Assembly (NCBI GenBank): GCA_002731215.1
Contig: PCAP01000015.1
Span: 1 to 52,412 of the forward strand
DNA: 52,412 bases
Origin: Acidobacteriota bacterium
GTDB taxonomy: Bacteria > Acidobacteriota > UBA890
Direction: 5' to 3'
The position numbers and the translations under genes are program-made. Of this stretch, positions 49,531-52,412 are shown in pieces (position 1 is the first letter of the stretch; every line of letters starts with the position of its first letter). A model generated the notes under the pieces. It was given only the letters and a program-made list of their open reading frames with translations. It made no database searches and was not told the origin of the DNA.

Positions 49531-49560
49531 ATTATAGAGATCTAACATTATCGATGTCAA
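49531..49560 (-). promoter_or_regulatory. Consensus sigma70 promoter for the HU gene
   Basis: TTGACA (49560-49555), 18 nt, TATAAT (49536-49531). Confidence 0.8.
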
Positions 49561-49674
49561 CTATAACTTCCATGTTATCATGATGTTACAGTGATTTCGT
49601 TACCGTCAGTTTCCTCCTGGACATCGCTGCGACCATCTATCGGGACCATCGTGAATCAATCATCAGGTGTGGTA

Positions 49675-51018
49675 TTGATCCCGCAGGTCGCTATTGTGGG
49701 CCGACCCAACGTTGGTAAATCAACGTTATTTAATCGGATTGTCGGGCATCGCGAAGCGATTGTGGGCAGCCAACGGGGAATGACCCGTGATCGAAAAACT
49801 GCGGAGACTGATTGGAACGGCGTTCGGTTCAATCTGATAGATACAGGTGGTATCGACCAAGGGTCGAGTGAAGACCTTCTACGGCAGGTTAAGTCCCAGG
49901 TAATGACGGCTGTAGACGTCGCCGATATTGCGCTCTTAGTTGTCGAAGGGCGTGAGGGGCCACTCCCTGTTGATCACGAGATTACCTCAGAGTTACGCCG
50001 TCGCGGTATTACTTTGATTCTTGCGATCAACAAGTGTGACAACCCGAAGGTCGCTGCCGAGATGAAACTGGCCTTTCACGAGCTTGGAATTGATTTGATG
50101 TATGTGATTGCTGCGGAGGATGGCTTTGGCGTCGCTGATTTACTCGACACAGTTGTTGGTCTTTTGCCGGAAACTACCGACGAAGGAATTGAAAGTAATC
50201 TACCGACCCGCGTGGCATTTGTTGGTCGCCCGAACGTTGGCAAGTCTTCTTTGGTTAATACACTGTTAGGTTCGGAACGGGTGATCGTCAGCGATCAGCC
50301 GGGAACGACCCGCGATGCAATAGATACTTTGCTTGAGAGTAACGGTCGCCAATACGTTCTCGTGGACACAGCTGGAATTCGTAGAAGATCACGCATTGGG
50401 ACACACGCCGAGATCGCTAGCGTGGCGATGGCTCGGCGTCGCTTGAAACAGGCCGACATCGCCCTGCTGGTTATTGATGCCGAAGAAGGAGTCACACGCC
50501 AGGATTTGCATATCGCCTCGGATGCGAATCGGATCGGGTGTGGCCTGATTGTTGTTGTCAACAAGTGGGACCTCGTAGATGAAGAGGAAGAAAGTTTACG
50601 CCCACAGGTTGAGGGGATTGTCTGCGATCGCCTGGGGCGGATGAGGTATGCGAGAGTCGTAGTGACATCTGCGACTGAAGGCAGTGGTATTGATTCCTTA
50701 CTTCCGCTTGTCGATGAGGTTGTCCAAGCGCGATCGCGTCGGGTGCCAACCGCTGATCTCAATGCGGCATTCGAAGGTATGGTTGGTCGTCATGCACCGG
50801 CGGGTGGGACAAGTGGTTCGCAGCCGAAGTACTTGACACAGGTGGGTGTTGAGCCGCCGCGGTTCGTTGCCTTTGCGGGAGGCCGGGGTGCGGCGCGTGG
50901 TGACTATACTCGCTATCTTGAGAACAGGCTGCGCGAATCATTCAACTTCGCCGGTACGCCGCTAGTGGTCAAACTGCGTCGGACACAGCGCTTAAGGAGA
51001 CGCACTCGCCATCGCTAG
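49675..51018 (+). CDS. der: Ribosome biogenesis GTPase Der (EngA); start uncertain (frame open from 49591)
   Basis: Two G-domains (GRPNVGKS twice, DTGG/DTAG, NKCD/NKWD) and a KH-like C-terminus with YLENRLRE. Confidence 0.96.
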   Translation: MIPQVAIVGRPNVGKSTLFNRIVGHREAIVGSQRGMTRDRKTAETDWNGVRFNLIDTGGIDQGSSEDLLRQVKSQVMTAVDVADIALLVVEGREGPLPVDHEITSELRRRGITLILAINKCDNPKVAAEMKLAFHELGIDLMYVIAAEDGFGVADLLDTVVGLLPETTDEGIESNLPTRVAFVGRPNVGKSSLVNTLLGSERVIVSDQPGTTRDAIDTLLESNGRQYVLVDTAGIRRRSRIGTHAEIASVAMARRRLKQADIALLVIDAEEGVTRQDLHIASDANRIGCGLIVVVNKWDLVDEEEESLRPQVEGIVCDRLGRMRYARVVVTSATEGSGIDSLLPLVDEVVQARSRRVPTADLNAAFEGMVGRHAPAGGTSGSQPKYLTQVGVEPPRFVAFAGGRGAARGDYTRYLENRLRESFNFAGTPLVVKLRRTQRLRRRTRHR

Positions 51019-51114
51019 AGATAATCTAAGGCTGTTTATCCGAGCCAGCGTAAACTATATTGAAGACTGGTTATTTTGATTGTGGCTGGTTCCAATCTTT
51101 AATGGTTACTCATC

Positions 51115-51444
51115 ATGGGCTTGACTAAACGAGACATTGCCCGCGCTATTCACAAAGCGGATCGGCAGATATCTATTTCGGAAGCGGTCAGCCTACTTGA
51201 TGTTATTTTCGCCTCCATAAAGGACTGCTTAGCCAATGGTGAGAAGGTGATGATCAGCAAATTCGGGACTTTCCAAGTGCGGGACCGGGCGCCAAGGCAG
51301 GGTGTCAATCCGGCTACTGGCGGAGAATTAATAATCGAACGGCACCACGCTGTGATATTCCACCCGTCACCGTTAATGCAGGGTTTACTGAACGAAACCG
51401 GTGCGTCTCAGGATGGCGATCTTGACCCTGGTTGGGACCGGTGA
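51115..51444 (+). CDS. IHF-alpha-like / HU-family DNA-binding protein
   Basis: LTKRDI, GEKVMISKFGTF, GVNPATG, FHPS. Confidence 0.88.
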   Translation: MGLTKRDIARAIHKADRQISISEAVSLLDVIFASIKDCLANGEKVMISKFGTFQVRDRAPRQGVNPATGGELIIERHHAVIFHPSPLMQGLLNETGASQDGDLDPGWDR

Positions 51445-51514
51445 CAAGCTTTCAAAATAGGCCCTGGAAGCCCCTTATTGACAAAGCTTTTGCGGCCACG
51501 CGCAAAATTTCGGT

Positions 51515-51591
51515 CGGGACGTGGCGCAGTTCGGTAGCGCACTAGTCTGGGGGACTAGGGGTCGCTGGTTCGAATCCAGTCGTCCCGACCA
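51515..51591 (+). tRNA. tRNA-Pro (GGG)
   Basis: CGGGACG/CGTCCCG acceptor stem, anticodon loop CT-GGG-GG, GGTTCGAATCC, encoded CCA. Confidence 0.97.
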
Positions 51592-51725
51592 TTTCTCTCC
51601 GGGTTTTAGCAGGGATGTTGAATTGTATGTCCACTCCATTTAGACATGACCCATTATCCTTCCCTTGAACCGATGCAGGAGCGCTGGAGCATCGTTTCTG
51701 CCTCGATAAAGGAAGTGTTGGGCTG

Positions 51726-52325
51726 ATGGTTTGGCACAATCCTATTCGAATAGCCTACGACTGGGTTTTGGCTTGGGCGGACAGGCCGGGAGGCCCTTGG
51801 GCCTTGGCAGCTATTTCGTTTGCAGAATCGTCATTTTTCCCTGTTCCTCCCGACATTCTGCTGATTCCGCTGTGTTTGTCGGCTCCCACGCGCGCCCTAG
51901 CCTACGCAAGTTTATGTACTGCTTCGTCGGTGTTGGGGGGCATGTTCGGCTACGTCATTGGTCTTTTTTTCTTCGAGACCATTGGGCAGCAGATCATCGA
52001 CTTTTACAGCCTCACAAGGTTCTTCGAGACTGTCGGGGGATGGTATGCGGAGTATACGGCGGCGGCTGTCATCATCGCTGGGTTCACCCCGATTCCGTAC
52101 AAGGTGTTCACCATTTTGGCTGGTTTCGTCCAAGTAAACTTCCCGCTCTTTGTGGTGGCTTCAATCATCGGTCGTGGAGGTCGATTTTTCCTCGTAGCAG
52201 CCCTGTTGAGATCATTCGGTGAACCGATGAAAAACGTCATTGACCGGTACTTCAACTGGCTTACACTGGCTCTCGCTGTGCTCTTTGCTGCCGGATTCAT
52301 CGTGCTAAACTTCCTTTCCCATTGA
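51726..52325 (+). CDS. YqaA/DedA-family membrane protein
   Basis: SFAESSFFPVPPDILL, AGFTPIPYKVFTI, SIIGRGGRFF. Confidence 0.92.
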   Translation: MVWHNPIRIAYDWVLAWADRPGGPWALAAISFAESSFFPVPPDILLIPLCLSAPTRALAYASLCTASSVLGGMFGYVIGLFFFETIGQQIIDFYSLTRFFETVGGWYAEYTAAAVIIAGFTPIPYKVFTILAGFVQVNFPLFVVASIIGRGGRFFLVAALLRSFGEPMKNVIDRYFNWLTLALAVLFAAGFIVLNFLSH

Positions 52326-52337
52326 GTTTTTTCAGGT

Positions 52338-52412
52338 CGGGGCGTAGCGCAGTCCGGTAGCGCACCTGCTTCGGGAGCAGGGGGTCGGAGGTTCAAATCC
52401 TCTCGCCCCGAC
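52338..52412 (+). tRNA. tRNA-Pro (CGG), 3' end clipped by the window edge
   Basis: CGGGGCG/CGCCCCG acceptor stem, anticodon loop TT-CGG-GA, GGTTCAAATCC. Confidence 0.96.

Noticed and set aside
1-52412. CRISPR arrays, IS elements, prophage or defence genes
   Set aside because: No periodic repeats, transposase, integrase or phage-like ORFs recognised; nearly all space is taken by core genes.

Overview
A densely packed, mostly housekeeping segment of a bacterial chromosome. The argS type, HU sequence and DUF6677-like membrane module suggest Acidobacteriota (inference). Contents in order: trmD (3' end)-rplS-rnhB-argS; rsmA-uppP-ftsK (minus); valS-birA-gamma-CA-hisS-aspS; phoH-PgpH-like 7TM-HD-ybeY-CorC-like-era-mgtE-recO-mutL; a divergent pyrimidine cluster (pyrR-B-C-E with a PyrR attenuator, and pyrK-D-rlpA-pyrF-rnc); cysteine desulfurase-mnmA; glutaryl-CoA dehydrogenase, tRNA-Gly, bactofilin, lipoate ligase family; TonB/TolA-ExbB-ExbD-miaA-TPR/SLH lipoprotein; a small membrane-protein trio; leuB-thiolase-crotonase-short LeuA-like; site-2 protease, two HU/IHF genes flanking der, and two tRNA-Pro genes around a YqaA gene. 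I saw no mobile element, CRISPR array or defence system, and no clearly new multi-gene system. The best leads are a degenerate c-di-GMP-I-like RNA fold at 34.85 kb, a ~180-nt rod-like (6S-like?) RNA after aspS, rnhB lacking any canonical start codon, two apparently leaderless RNA-modification operons, the LeuA/LeuB plus thiolase/crotonase cluster, and a TPR-SLH lipoprotein behind a TonB-type motor. All family calls come from recognising motifs by eye, and RNA pairings were traced by hand, not computed.
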